A stretch of DNA of 49,154 nucleotides, taken from Macrostomum lignano (lineage: Eukaryota). The notes beneath the pieces are model-generated. The model made no database searches and was not told the DNA's origin. It saw only the letters and a list, made by a program, of their open reading frames with translations. The translations under genes and the position numbers were made by a program. The stretch covers positions 1-49,154 of the forward strand of contig NIVC01004350.1 of NCBI GenBank assembly GCA_002269645.1, read 5' to 3'. Below, piece after piece: positions 21,286 to 32,979 of this stretch (positions are counted from its first letter, which is position 1; every line of letters starts with the position of its first letter).

Positions 21286-21752
21286 TAAGTATAGGTACAT
21301 AGTTTTGATTTTTAGTATATTGGATTGGGGGCATTGCTGAGATGTCAAGGGGGGAAGTTGATATGTTAAAGCTTTAGGGGGGAATCACTGACATGTCAAG
21401 GCTTACAAGGTTTGACAGGAGATTTTTTTAAGATTTCAAGGATACATGTAGCTTATTAAAAAAACGTGTATTGCATTTCTTTGGCTCCCCAACGGGGGGC
21501 GTAGATTGCTAGATTAGAACTATGCGTAGAATTCGATAGATCGTACGCCCACACTTCCACCTTCCACTCTCCCTCTCCCAACCTCCCTCGCTTCCACTCC
21601 CCCCACTCTCCCTCCCTTCAACCCCCACTCGCTCTTACTCGCTTATCTTACCCCCCCTCTTCCCATCATTCCTTAACCCTAACAAGTGCAATAGCTATAG
21701 CTAAAGGTATAACTTTTCACGTATTTGACATTACCCTTTAAATATTTCAGCA

Positions 21753-22685
21753 ATGTCTATTGAGAAAACGCCAAACTTTAGTTGGGAAAACTATTCCTTT
21801 GAGGAAGTGGTCGAAGAAGCGGTAGAAGACGGACAAGTGCGACCGCTTCCGGATCCGCCAGAGGTGCCGGTTTTTAATTTTCAATGTCGATATATATTTC
21901 GCCATTTCGCGGTAAGAGACTTTTTTATCACGGCAACCACCTCTTTCGTGTTTAATCTCTCTTAATCTCTCCTCTTCCGCCTCTTAATTTAGCCAAATCT
22001 TGGACAGGGCATCTCCAAGCGAATCGATTGCGTATATTTTGTACCTCATAATGATAACATAGCTTTTCAATAACATCAAATATTTTTCCTACGTAATTAC
22101 CAGGCCAACAGCAAAAACAATGCCAGCCAAACTGCCTCGCCTGCTACCTTGCCTTCTGCCTCGCCTGCTGGGCCGATCATCGCAAATAGCAAAGCAAAAA
22201 GCAAGGTAGGATGCTATTTTTTAAACACTTGCCAAATAAAGATATAAAAAAAATTGATATTTGATATAGATATCCAATACCTCATAATATAACGCACATT
22301 ACATTTTCACATTATAAATGTGAAACGCTTCCTGTCTCTCATTCGCCAGTACATCAGCTTCCTGTCGCCAGTATCTCAGCTTCCTGTCTCTCATTCGCCA
22401 GTATCTCAGCTTCCTATCTCTCATTCGCTAGAATCTCAGCTTCTTGTGTCTCATTCGCCAGCATACTATTTATACCAGTACACATAACACTAACCTACCC
22501 ATTGTATCCCACCTATTTTTCAGGCTACTCTGAGTCCACCTCTGAGTCCGTTTATAAAGAGAAAAGTGGACCCGCCAATCAACGGTTCGCCGCAAACGCC
22601 AAAAGGTTTGGGTGCCCTAGCCCGAAGGCGTGATTCATTGAAAAAAAATTCAGTGACGTCGGTCAAATGTTGCGCGCAGTTATAG
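21753..22685 (+). CDS. Putative orphan 3-exon ORF, 140 aa (21753-21911, 22104-22205, 22524-22685), function unknown
   Basis: ATG after an acceptor; donors GTAAGA (21912) and GTAGGA (22206); acceptors at 22103 and 22523; all phase 0; open to TAG at 22683. No recognised domain. Confidence 0.45.
22333..22462. repeat. Short tandem repeat (~32 nt, TCTCATTCGCCAGTATCTCAGCTTCCTG-like, about 4 copies)
   Basis: Direct inspection; lies in the second intron of the putative ORF. Confidence 0.75.
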
Positions 22686-23052
22686 ACCTCACTTTACTGC
22701 GAAAGTGAAAGTCTTGCGAAAGTCCTGCTGCAGGCTTAAACGTTTTCCGACATAGTAAAAGGTCATTTTAATCAGCCATCCTGACGCACCCGACTTTAAA
22801 AAAATTATCGACAGAAGAGCGTGTCGAGGCAGAACTACTAATGCCAAAGTTTTTAAATAGTTGGAAATCAAATTTTGCGCACGCAGAGCTAAAGTAATGC
22901 CATCATGACCAAGTTGATTGACAGTTAAACTTTTTGTAATTCTATTTTAATCCTCCATATTTCAAGTATCCCCCTCTCCCGCTGGCTCGGGCTGCAAAAA
23001 TGGCTAAAAATAGAATATTAGTCAGTGGGATATTTCTCCTTAGTACAGTCTT

Positions 23053-25072
23053 TGTTAGTCAGCGGGAACGAGAGCATAGCTCTCCGCCCCGGGTAGGCTA
23101 CTGTGGGAATCTGGGGGTGCACTCCTTGCATGCTGCAACATACAAGCGGTGTACCAGCAGGTCATGCGGAGGCCCCGTGATGAGGTAGATGTCTTATGGA
23201 CATCTCCGAGATCATTCCCTGGCTCCGGGCAGTCACGGAACTGCCACGGGTTCTGCCATGGAACTGCCTCTGAGCTTCCTATTGGCCCAGAGCCCTCAGG
23301 TTTTAGTATAAATACAGAGTAGAAGAGGGCCCAAAAGAGACCAACCTGCTTGGCTCCGAGAAAGAGCTAGTATTCCTAGACGCATTTTCTAGACGCACTA
23401 GCGTAGCCAGAATCGTTAGACGCTTTCTAGGGATAACCTGCAAGTAAATATTATTTTCAGCTGCCATTGCTCATTAAGACCGCCGCAGGCCATTTTGACG
23501 GCAACACGCCAGACCTCCAACGCCGTCTGAACCCGGTCTCGAAGCCTACAACCTGCGCTGTTGGGCAACATTGATTTAACACCTAACAAGGTTTAGGGCT
23601 TGTGGAGTGGGCGGTCGACTTCTGGGTGATAGCTAGTTAGTATCCAACCTCGAGATACTTCGAGTTTGGATCTAACTTGGAAGATTTTTCTATTTACCAA
23701 GAATGGGTTACGGTCTAGGCTACTGGTTTGGGCGGTACTATTATTTCTGCTCTTATGTACTTTAATTCGGTATGTTGCTGCCACCAGACTAATGTCCCTT
23801 ATAGTTAATGTTAAATTAAAATAAGTGAGACAAGAGTCAAACTTATATAAGGTACTTAAAACAACGAAAATAGTATTATTACTAGAGCGTTATGGACATA
23901 CAAACCTTAGAGATTTAGTATATTTAGATAAGCCAAATATGCAAAGAGAAAAAAACAATTATTCTTTATGGTATACTCCGTTTATTATTTAGACTAATGG
24001 TAGACTCCCTTAGTCTTCCCTATGTTATTTAGTTGACTATACTATATTCCTATTCTCGGTAGACTCCGTTTAGACTAACTGGTAGACTCCTTTTAGCCTC
24101 CCTATGTTACCCTGGACTTACCCTTAATTTCCTATATATTTTAAAGAGTTATACTTCTGCTTTTTACACAATGAGGGACTCCCTTTTATGTTTAGCTTGT
24201 TACTTAGCTTGGCTTGTTAGTGACTTGGTCTCTAAATGTTGTCCCGATGGACCGTCCTGAACGGATGCTTTTCCCGACTAACTAACTAAATAAGTAAATC
24301 GGCGCCTCAGCCATTGAACAGGCTCTTACGCCACTAGAGATATATAGCTTCCAGGTTGGAAGTGTACTAATGTACACTTAAATCCTAATTAGAACTAAGA
24401 GGACTGTACATCGAGCCGGGCAGGCGGCGCCAGTCAGGCCGAGAGCGGGCCCTACCCCCGACCCTCAGAGCGTACGCCTACCCCAAACCCAATTGGCTTA
24501 TCTAAACCTCCCCGGGGACAGCGAGGGTTCGACGTACCAGTCAGGAAGCCCGTGCCCAAAAATTCCGGTTAGTTGGCCCCAAAGCCTATTAGGGTTGGTC
24601 CGAAGACCGAGAGCCGTGGCTACCAGCTGGGGCCGACCGCCCACCACCCCGGGAACTCTTGCCAAGACAGTCTCTTATCTTTGAAGCGGCAGGAGGGCTA
24701 ATCGCCGGGACTATTTCACCCTTTGCTTCGCCAACCCGCCATTTCTATAGTGACCGTGCCAACCGTCCCGTCCTGTTCAGACTCAGTCCTGGTTGTGGCA
24801 TACTCCAGCTTTAATAGGGTCGCTGGCTGTTCGCTCAGAGAGCACTCCGAGGGGGACCGTCAGAGCACCAACTGGAACAGGGATAGGCCCGCCTTCCTAT
24901 ACAGCTACCCACAGCCCTTCCTGATCCACTATTACCCTCCAACCCAGCCTACTAACTCATTACAAGCTTTCGGCCAGGCAGAGACAAGTTTCACAGGGGT
25001 ACTGCGGTTAGGCGCCTCTATGCGAGACAAAACCTAAACGTCCTGAACGGATGCTTTTCCCGAAGCTAAACA
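23053..25072 (+). mobile_element. LTR-type non-coding element, 2020 bp (solo LTR, or LTR plus leader plus 3' LTR stub)
   Basis: TGTTAG...CTAAACA termini; 5-bp TSD GTCTT at 23048-23052 and 25073-25077; ATTGG at 23281 and TATAAATA at 23307-23314; 25-nt subterminal sequence duplicated at 24253-24277. Confidence 0.8.
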
Positions 25073-26280
25073 GTCTTTTACTAATGGAGAAATCTACTAA
25101 GAAGCGAATTCCCAAAACTTCGATTATTTCCGCGAGGGTGAACTACTGATAGCAGTGCAAAAGCAAAACTGCTTATTCTCGACTTCGGGTTACTAAAATA
25201 TTCCTCTTGACGAATGGGAATTCATCTGGCAATCGCTCTAGCAAAACTGCTTTTGAATTAAACCCCATACAACAGCTTGTTTACTGCAAAACCAGTTGAG
25301 CGTTAAATGATAATTTAGGATCGGCCCGTGACCATTATTCACACTAATAAACGTTCAACTGACTTGTCTTGGCTTTTTATTTTCTACTTACAGTAGGTTT
25401 ACCTAGGGATAACCTGTTGAGAATATTACCTGTAGACCTACAAGGTGGCAGTGAACCAACTACCAAAACTCGGTCTAATATCTGAAATTAGCTTAATAGG
25501 AACTAAGCAAGTGTTCTCGGACCTTAGTGCTAGACCACTCAGGCCAGCTACCCGCCTTGCCAGATTGTTAGGGGCAGACAGAGAGAGCTAGTAAGCAACA
25601 TCAGCAGTCATCGAAAGAGTAGAACGCAGGGCATTAAATTATAAATAACAATACTTTATCATCACTCTTTCGTCATTTTCTTCATCATTCTGTACTACCG
25701 CTAGTAGTACTGCTAATAATCATCTCAATAATACTGTTAGTAATAGTCTTAATACTACTGCTTCTAACACTGCTGCTAATACTGCCACGTACCCTACCTT
25801 TGTTTTTTCACATATTTAACTGTAATAATATTAATAATAATAATAATAATAATTTTAATAATAAACTGACGGCTGCAACATTTTGCAGCAATGACAACTA
25901 ATATTAATTGATAAACGGCAGAGTTGCGATGCCTGTCGAAAACGCATGAGAATTTTCCATACGTTTTTGCCGAATGTTGTGTCATTTCGCTAAGTTTACA
26001 GCGTACTGGGTTTATAGCTGATGAGCATGCAGAAGAAGCGCTTCTTTTGCGACTCTTTAGCGACTGTATAACACTTTAACACATCCAGGGCGCTTATTAA
26101 GTGACGCACTAACGATCCATAGTGACGCTGAAGCGCTTCTTTTCCGACTTTTTAGCGACTTCAGAACGCCACTGAAACGCAGAAAATGTGACTCTAATTC
26201 ATCAAGCGACGCAAAAGCACTTCAAGCACAACTCAGTGATTTTAATGCGCCTTTAGAACACCACAATAATCATTATACCG

Positions 26281-26504
26281 TCGCCCCTGAGTCACTAGAG
26301 CCGCGCCAGAATCACTTGCGGCGCCCCAGAGTCGTTTCAGTCGCAGACAATAAAACGCTTCAAAGTGATTCTGGGGCGACTCTTTGCCGACTTGTACCGT
26401 GACGTCTCGTCGCTTTGATGCGTTTAGAGTCACTTCTTTCCAATTTGACCAATGTCATCTGCAACGCGCCTGAAACGACTCAGGGGCGCCGCAAGTGGCT
26501 CTGG
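26281..26504. repeat. Nested inverted repeats (foldback)
   Basis: 26306-26340 and 26470-26504 are a 32/35 inverted pair; partial copies at 26281-26293 and 26363-26380. Confidence 0.85.
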
Positions 26505-27449
26505 GACGCTTCTTGGCCTAGGTACGGCTTTCATCGGGATACAGCAGTCAATCAGTAACACTCAAGCAGTCACTCAGAAACAACCATCTCACACCGAGTA
26601 GCAGCACTCTTAGCAGTCACAGTCTAACACGCAGCAAACCACTACGTAATCTATCACTACACAGCAGAAGCAGGGAACCACGCAGCAATAACCAGTTCAC
26701 TCTCAGCAGCAGCTCACTCAGCAGCTCACTAAAATAGTATACAGGCTGTTAGTACAGCTGGCCAGGCTAATAAAAATAATAAATCGGCAGCCAGTATGGC
26801 TGACCAGGGAATCTCGAGTCAAATCTCAAGCATGCAGCATCAGGCAGTCAACTAATCTTACCAATAACCAAACTTAGCAAACTAGGGCAACTAATTTAAG
26901 AAATGTAACCCCAGTGGTCTTCAAGGTGGCCCTGGAAGGCCAAGAACCCAATTAAATTCGAATGGCTCTTGAAGCATAATTTTCAAAAAAACAAAAAATA
27001 CCTTCCCTTTTACAGTTTAAATGAAATACATTTCATTCATAATAAACTACTAAGGTGAGTGATAGCGTAGCGTGACAGTTAGCCCGTCTCATTCTAGAAT
27101 TCTGGTAAGACGCTTAGCCGTATTTCGACGTTTTTGTCTGGGGCAGCAATTCCCAGAGGTGCCAGTTTAGGCCAAGAAAAATCGCTCTTAATACGGATAA
27201 TTGCGACCCTATAACATTCGGTGGCATTAGGCCGGGTACAAAGCCTGAAGTCACCACAATTCTGTCAACGTTACATTTGGTTAGCATCGGTGGAATATTC
27301 GTTAATTCAATGGTTCCGATATATTTTTTCGACCCGTTACACAATCTCATCACAATCGACGTTAAACGAACAACCACCAGAAGTTGAGGAAAATCTATCG
27401 GTGGAAGATAGTCAGTCTGGATCAAAGTATACGTTTCTCGCTAAGTTTT

Positions 27450-27820
27450 CTCAATGAAGCAGTTTTCCGGGCTATGCGAAAAGTCGCTACATGTTGTCTG
27501 AGGATTACTTACATAGCGTATCATATTCGGAAGCATAAATTCTGAAAAAGCAAGCGGAATTTTTTGACCATTAAAGCGGAGTGTAAAATTGAAGGATGCC
27601 GAAGAAACTACGCTTTAATAATGAAAATACTACCACATTTTGAACGAACAACATGGACTTGAAGGTTGTTATCACTGGAAGATTAAGCCATCAGGATGCT
27701 ACGGCTAGCTGTTTTCGTAGAACGATTGAATCATAAAAACGTAAAATTTACGATATAAAAGATGCCGGTGCCGTTGAAGCATTCCGAAGGCGCTTTCTTG
27801 CTGTCGAAATTTATCATTAG
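27450..27820 (+). pseudogene. Possible degraded N-terminal zinc-binding region of a Mutator/NOF-like transposase
   Basis: Pieced translation CCLRITYIAYHIRKHKF*KSKRNFLTIKAECKIEGCRRNYAL...VVITGRLSH...R resembles my recollection of NOF-type proteins; several stops and shifts; not verified. Confidence 0.3.
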
Positions 27821-28023
27821 CTCTATCGTGCAACTTTGTTGTGTAGTAAGCCACAAGTTTACGGCTAGGTGCCCCACATCTCAGCAGTCCTTTCACTCTC
27901 GCTCTGAGCTGTTGTGTGCTCTGAGCTGTCTCCTCTTCAGCAGATGGAAGTGAGTACTATAGTTTGTACATGTTTTAGTACATAAAAGTGAACTTGAGTA
28001 CTAAAACTTCTGAAACTTTCTAG

Positions 28024-28300
28024 CCGTATACTGGCGTCCGATGGAATTATGGCATTCGTCGACCAAAGCACTCCGGTATATACCAGCACATCGAAGCCCT
28101 TTGAGCTGGCATCAATGCCAAGAACAATTCGATCTGATGGTCATAGTTGTGGGGTATTTGTATGCCTGTACACTAGGGCAATAGTTCTTGGTTCTGGGCT
28201 CCGGTTCAAAAACAATCCGATGCTCTAGGACGATACAGAAAGTAAATTTGGAATGTGATCCAGGCCTACAGCTATGGAGGAACGCAGAAAGATGTAGCAA
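28024..28300 (+). pseudogene. Ulp1/SENP-like (C48) cysteine protease C-terminal fragment, degraded
   Basis: SDGHSCGVFVCLYTRAIVLG (catalytic Cys motif of the DGxSCGVFV type) followed after a shift by QSDALGRYRK*IWNVI; preceded by a GT-AG intron (~27950-28023). Confidence 0.6.
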
Positions 28301-29152
28301 CCTGTAGCAAATCAGAGCCTAAGGCTTCAGGCGTTGTTTGTCACATAAATTGGATAATTACAAGCAATTTTTCTATTTTAGATTTTATTAGATTACTAAA
28401 ATAAAAAATATGAACTTTGCTTTTGCAATATGCAGATTCTTAACTCAATTTTTTAGTCGGCGCATATATGTATCAGAAAGTACGAGCGTAACGAATATTC
28501 AAAGCATACCGATTCGATAGAGAACATTACATAGTTTGCATATGAATAATGTGACGATAAGACGTAGAATTTAATTAGCCTATAAATAAAAAGTATAGGT
28601 CGATAAAGGAATACTTCATTCTTTATACAGTTGATAAGGACTGTTAATTATAAAGTTATTACGAATATCTTCGATCTAGGTATAACTTAATAAATAAACA
28701 ATTATGAAAAGAAGTTTTTGATTGATGCAAAATTATTTCTTTTAAACACAATCTAGCTCTCATAGTATCTTCTAGTCTTAGTAAATGAATTCACTTGTAA
28801 TTATCACGGGAAAGAATTATTGACTACCATATAAATATTCTATATATAACTTAATATCAAGTGGAAAATAATCACAACCCCTATGTTAGTGCACTTTAAA
28901 TTATCTAAAGATCTGGAGCCGGCGGAGGCTGAACGAATGGTAGTGACACAAGAGTGGCGAACAAGGATCAAGTAACGCATCTGTCATGGAAACATGGGGA
29001 CGACTTCAAGGCAACAAGACCGCATCAGTGTTGAAGAAACAAAGAATCATCTACACAAATGAGCGAAATCAGATGTGTAGCTCAAGCATGTAGTCATTTG
29101 CTGAATCTGAAATGCGTACTCTTACTTCAAATTCTGGAACGGTGACCATTAA

Positions 29153-29900
29153 TGTCCGTGTCAAACCGTGGTGCATGTGCCCTTGTCTATTTGGCGGGGC
29201 GCAATGCACTTTGGGGCTGGCTGGGAGAGGGGGTGACGTGCGTGGCAAGGTCTGGCTGGCCCCTGGGCTTTGTGTTAGCGAAAGGGGTTAGCGAAATGGG
29301 CGGCAACGCCTCCTCGCTGTTTCCGGACGCACGGAACCCCCTGCAACGAAGTCAAGTAAGTCAAGGGCTTTGTGTTTGCTCCTCCCCAGGCGGGGTTTTG
29401 ATTGGCTGGCCAGTGTGTGTTTTCTGTATTCGTTGGCTTAGCCGGTGGGAGCCATCTGCCCCTAGGCCTGGATTTGCTATTTAATGGCTTGCGCCCCTTT
29501 TTCGCCTGCTCCTACACCCTTTTTATGCCTGGGCGACTCACTACCTCGGTCGCAGCGATTTTTCGATACTGATTTGAGTAAGTAAGCAGCATAAGTAAGC
29601 AGCAAAGAAAAGTTTAAGAAAACCCACAGAACGGGTCAGAGAAAGACAGAGATTAAACGCCGACTATTAGTCAAGACAGATCAACAAATCAGCACCGATT
29701 TGAGTACTGCAATCGAGTTCGACTTTCAGTCGATTGGCGTGTTGTGCGTACTCCATGTGAACATATTCCACGTCTATTTGCTCTGTGAATACCAACTTCG
29801 AAGAACTTCGAAGAAAAGAAAGCCATTTACTGCACTTGGCTGCTATTCCTAATAGTTAGGCGCAACAGTTAACTTATAGGCGCAACAGTAAATCACTGGA
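29153..29900. repeat. LTR-like non-coding segment next to the Gypsy pol 3' end; orientation and ends unresolved
   Basis: GC-richer block starting TGTCC with CCAAT/TATA-like motifs on both strands; no clear PPT, partner LTR or TSD. Confidence 0.35.
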
Positions 29901-29903
29901 ACC

Positions 29904-30820
29904 TTAGAGTTCCACCTCCATGCCGATGTCAGGCAGTTCCGGGTCGCCTGCAGCGAGCACCTCCGGATGGCGCAAGCTGGGCTCGAACAGGCTAAGCTGC
30001 GGCTGGCTGTTCTGGAACGGGCTGATCGGCTGGTTCGGCTTCGCTGTCGTCACTCGACTCGTAGGGCAACATTGGCCGCTCAGTCTGGCGCGGCGGCTCC
30101 TGCGGTCGGTCTGCCATCATCTGCGGCACCTTGATGATGTTGTTGCGATGTAGACACATCTCGGCTGGGCGTCCCTGTCGGGCCGTCGCAGGCTTGATCC
30201 AGTACGCCACTTCTCTAACTTTCCTAAAGACCTTGTACATACTCTTGTACGGCCGGTGGAATTTGGGCAGCTCTCCCAACTCGAGCTTCGGGTTGGCCAG
30301 GCAGACAAGGTCGCCAGGCTGCAACTCCACGGGCTTCGGTCGATTTTCGTAATACTCCTCTCGGCGCTGGATCTCTGTCCTCTGTCTCTGTCGTACAATT
30401 CGTTCTGTCTCGGCCAGTCTACGCTGATGCTTGGCAATGTACTCCGGGAGATCTGCTGATACGTCCAGGCGGTCTAGGTTGTTATCGATCAGGTAAAATT
30501 AGGGCACTCCGTAGACGACATTCTTGCAGGAGAGTTTTTATCGTTTTGGCGCGCTGTTCTTCATGGCGAAAGCGAAGGGGTATTTCGACGTGGTGTCGAC
30601 ATAGGTCAGAATGTACTTGTTGCCTCGGTCTGTCGGATCGCCAGTGGGGCCCTGGCTGTCGATAGCACATCGCCTATAAATTTCACATACCGGAAACGAT
30701 TGTACATGCGCCGGAATTCGTCGCCGTCCTTTGCTCTGAGTGCAGGTCTGGCAGGAAGCGACGTAGTCGGACACTGCCTTGGCCAGGGCAGGTCGCCAGA
30801 ACCTTATGCCTATTGTCAAC
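29904..30820 (-). pseudogene. Ty3/Gypsy integrase fragment with most of the catalytic core deleted
   Basis: FWRPALAKAVSDYVASCQTCTQSK (zinc-finger half), AIDSQGP..GNKYILTYVDTTSKYPFAFA (first Asp region), YGVP, then a jump to YYENR..LQPGDLVCL..PKFHRPYKSMYKV..VAYWI (GPY/F-type region). Confidence 0.85.
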
Positions 30821-30879
30821 GCTAGTGCATGGTGGGCCAGGATTTTAGAAATTTATAAGTCGTTGATGATGAAATTTCA

Positions 30880-31690
30880 TTCCATTGCCTCGCCTCTTCA
30901 AGTATGAGTGTCAAGGCGGTCTACTGTGCATGAGGTTGCTCTTGTTTAGCACAAATTCTCTTGCATTGTGCAGGCTGTGATAATGTCAGCATTATTCAGC
31001 AGACAGAATAGTGTGTTAAGCATTCGCGCCTTAGAAGATGGGCAATTGTGAGTTGAAAAGTTTTCCTAGCTGTGATATTTTACTGTTCAGATAAATAGGT
31101 GTATGCACAGTAGGCAATGCAGTACTGCGGTATATAGCTTAGGAGAATTGAAATGTGTGCAACATATAAAATAATTGCCTCTGCTCATTAGGTTTGAGCA
31201 GTACGGCGTTCTACTGTGCAATTTGATTGCCTTTGTGTGTGACACACCACTATTGAATTTTGCTTATTGATAATGTCAAACTATTCAAACGTTATCCAGT
31301 TGCAAGCTGCGTGTCACTCATGCGCTTTAGAAGGTGGGCGATCGAATTTCATATAGTTTATAGTAAAATTGCCGACGATAGTGCACAGTAGGCAATGCAG
31401 TACTACGACTCTCGATTTTTTGCCTAGAATCATTAAGTGTGAGTACGATGGCGGCTTGCTATGCACGTGGTTGCCTACGGGTAGCATCTTATTGCGTGCT
31501 ACTCGTTCGCCTTAGAACGTGGGCATTCGATTAATAATTTAAATACCAGAACTTTAATGTCGGCCTTAGTTTGTGCATAGCAGGAACTTCAATATTGCGA
31601 CGGCCTATGGCCTAGGTAGGAAACAAATTACCGTGGCTCATTAGAATGAGTTCATTGGCGGTCTGCTGTGTAGGTGGTTGCACTTGGGCA
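30880..31690. repeat. Degenerate tandem modules (periods about 290, 245, 207 nt), each with an internal inverted motif
   Basis: CTACTGTGCA-like motif forward at 30921, 31211, 31456, 31663 and reverse at 31104, 31382, 31574; CGC(C/T)TTAGAA..TGGGC at about 31028, 31323, 31509. Confidence 0.7.
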
Positions 31691-32370
31691 GCACATTGGT
31701 GAATTGGCTGCGCGTAACATCGCCCGCAAAATGTGCAGTAAAGGTCCGTCAAAGTGTGAGCGGCATCGTTTGGCATTGCTTTGATATTGCTTTAAGAAAT
31801 AATATTTTGCCTTACAAAAAAGCTATTATATTATTGAAATGTTTGAGATAAACTATCCTCTTACTGCCTATTCGATGCACGACGCTTTGAGTTTTAGACA
31901 GTCTTCTACTTAAAAATTATCAAATATAGCTGCTTTAAAAACAAAACTTTGATTTATGATTACAACTGTGTCTAATTATGGACTTATCACGCAAAGTTGC
32001 CCTGCCTCATCCAGGCATGAAACGTGATCATCTGTTTACTGCAGTCGTATCCAATGGCTTCACGAGCCTGTGGGAATAAGCCGTTCTTTAGAAGTCAAGA
32101 GTCTAGAATAGTTTTTATCTACTGTGGAATATGTAAAAACTCTTGTCTCTAAATTTTGGCAACAGAATTGGAACGGCGCAAGTGTAATCAATGACTTTTA
32201 ATTAAAATGACTTTCGACTTTACATACACTTTGACAATTTAAGTATTGTAAATTACAAGTATCCTAAATATTTTTTTCGAGTCACAAATTTAATTAACTA
32301 AGTAGACCACGTAAACTAATAAACTAATAATATATTATTCCTTCAAAATTTGTTATACTACGTTATACTA

Positions 32371-32760
32371 AGACCTAGTTTTACTAGGTCTCGGTCTTTT
32401 GAGCTTTTAGTGTGTGAAATGTTTTTTATACTTTTTTAGACACTTACAATGGATAAAATGCTTAGTATGATGCAATGTTTATCAGAATAAGAATTCAGTC
32501 AGCCAGTTTTTTTCTATAATTCTTACTATGCATTTCTCGTGGAAAGGGCTACTTGACCTTTGCAGAAAAGTACTTTTTCTTTTTAGCTTTTTAGCTTTTT
32601 TAGCATTGACCCATTTCTTAGCCACGATACATGTACCCTCACGGAAAAATTTCTGATCTAATGGTGCAAGTTTGAAGAAAATCGGTTCACACAATGTCAA
32701 GTTAAGCCAAAGTTCGTATAGATACATAGGTCGGTATATAGCTTTATTTTTAGTATAACT
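32371..32760 (-). mobile_element. Possible small non-autonomous Helitron-like element
   Basis: Minus strand has TTATACTAAAAAT (~32757), GGCTTAAC and AACCGATTTTCTTCAAACTTGCAC, homologous to 16708-16790; perfect 9-bp hairpin at 32371-32391. Confidence 0.45.
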
Positions 32761-32979
32761 GAATGAATGATGATAATTAGTCACTTGGTTTGTATTTTTT
32801 TGCTTTCAGATGTCAAAATTTTACTTTTACATCGGCCGCGATGGCGGGCCTGCCAGTGGAGGCGGTTGCGGCCGCGGCGATGGCGGCCATCCCGGTGGCA
32901 GCTGTCTGTATGTCTGTCTGTCTGTCTGTATGTCTTAGTGTCTATCTGTATGTCTTAGTGTCTGTCTGTCTGAGCCCGA

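Noticed and set aside
23427-25416. CTAGGGATAACCTG at 23427 and 25403, matching the first half of an I-SceI site
   Set aside because: Only 10 of 18 nt of that site match and there is no homing-endonuclease context; likely chance or a small local duplication.
29134-29903. CTGGAAC at both ends as a 7-bp TSD
   Set aside because: The two outer flanks are not continuous sequence and no termini fit; cannot be supported.
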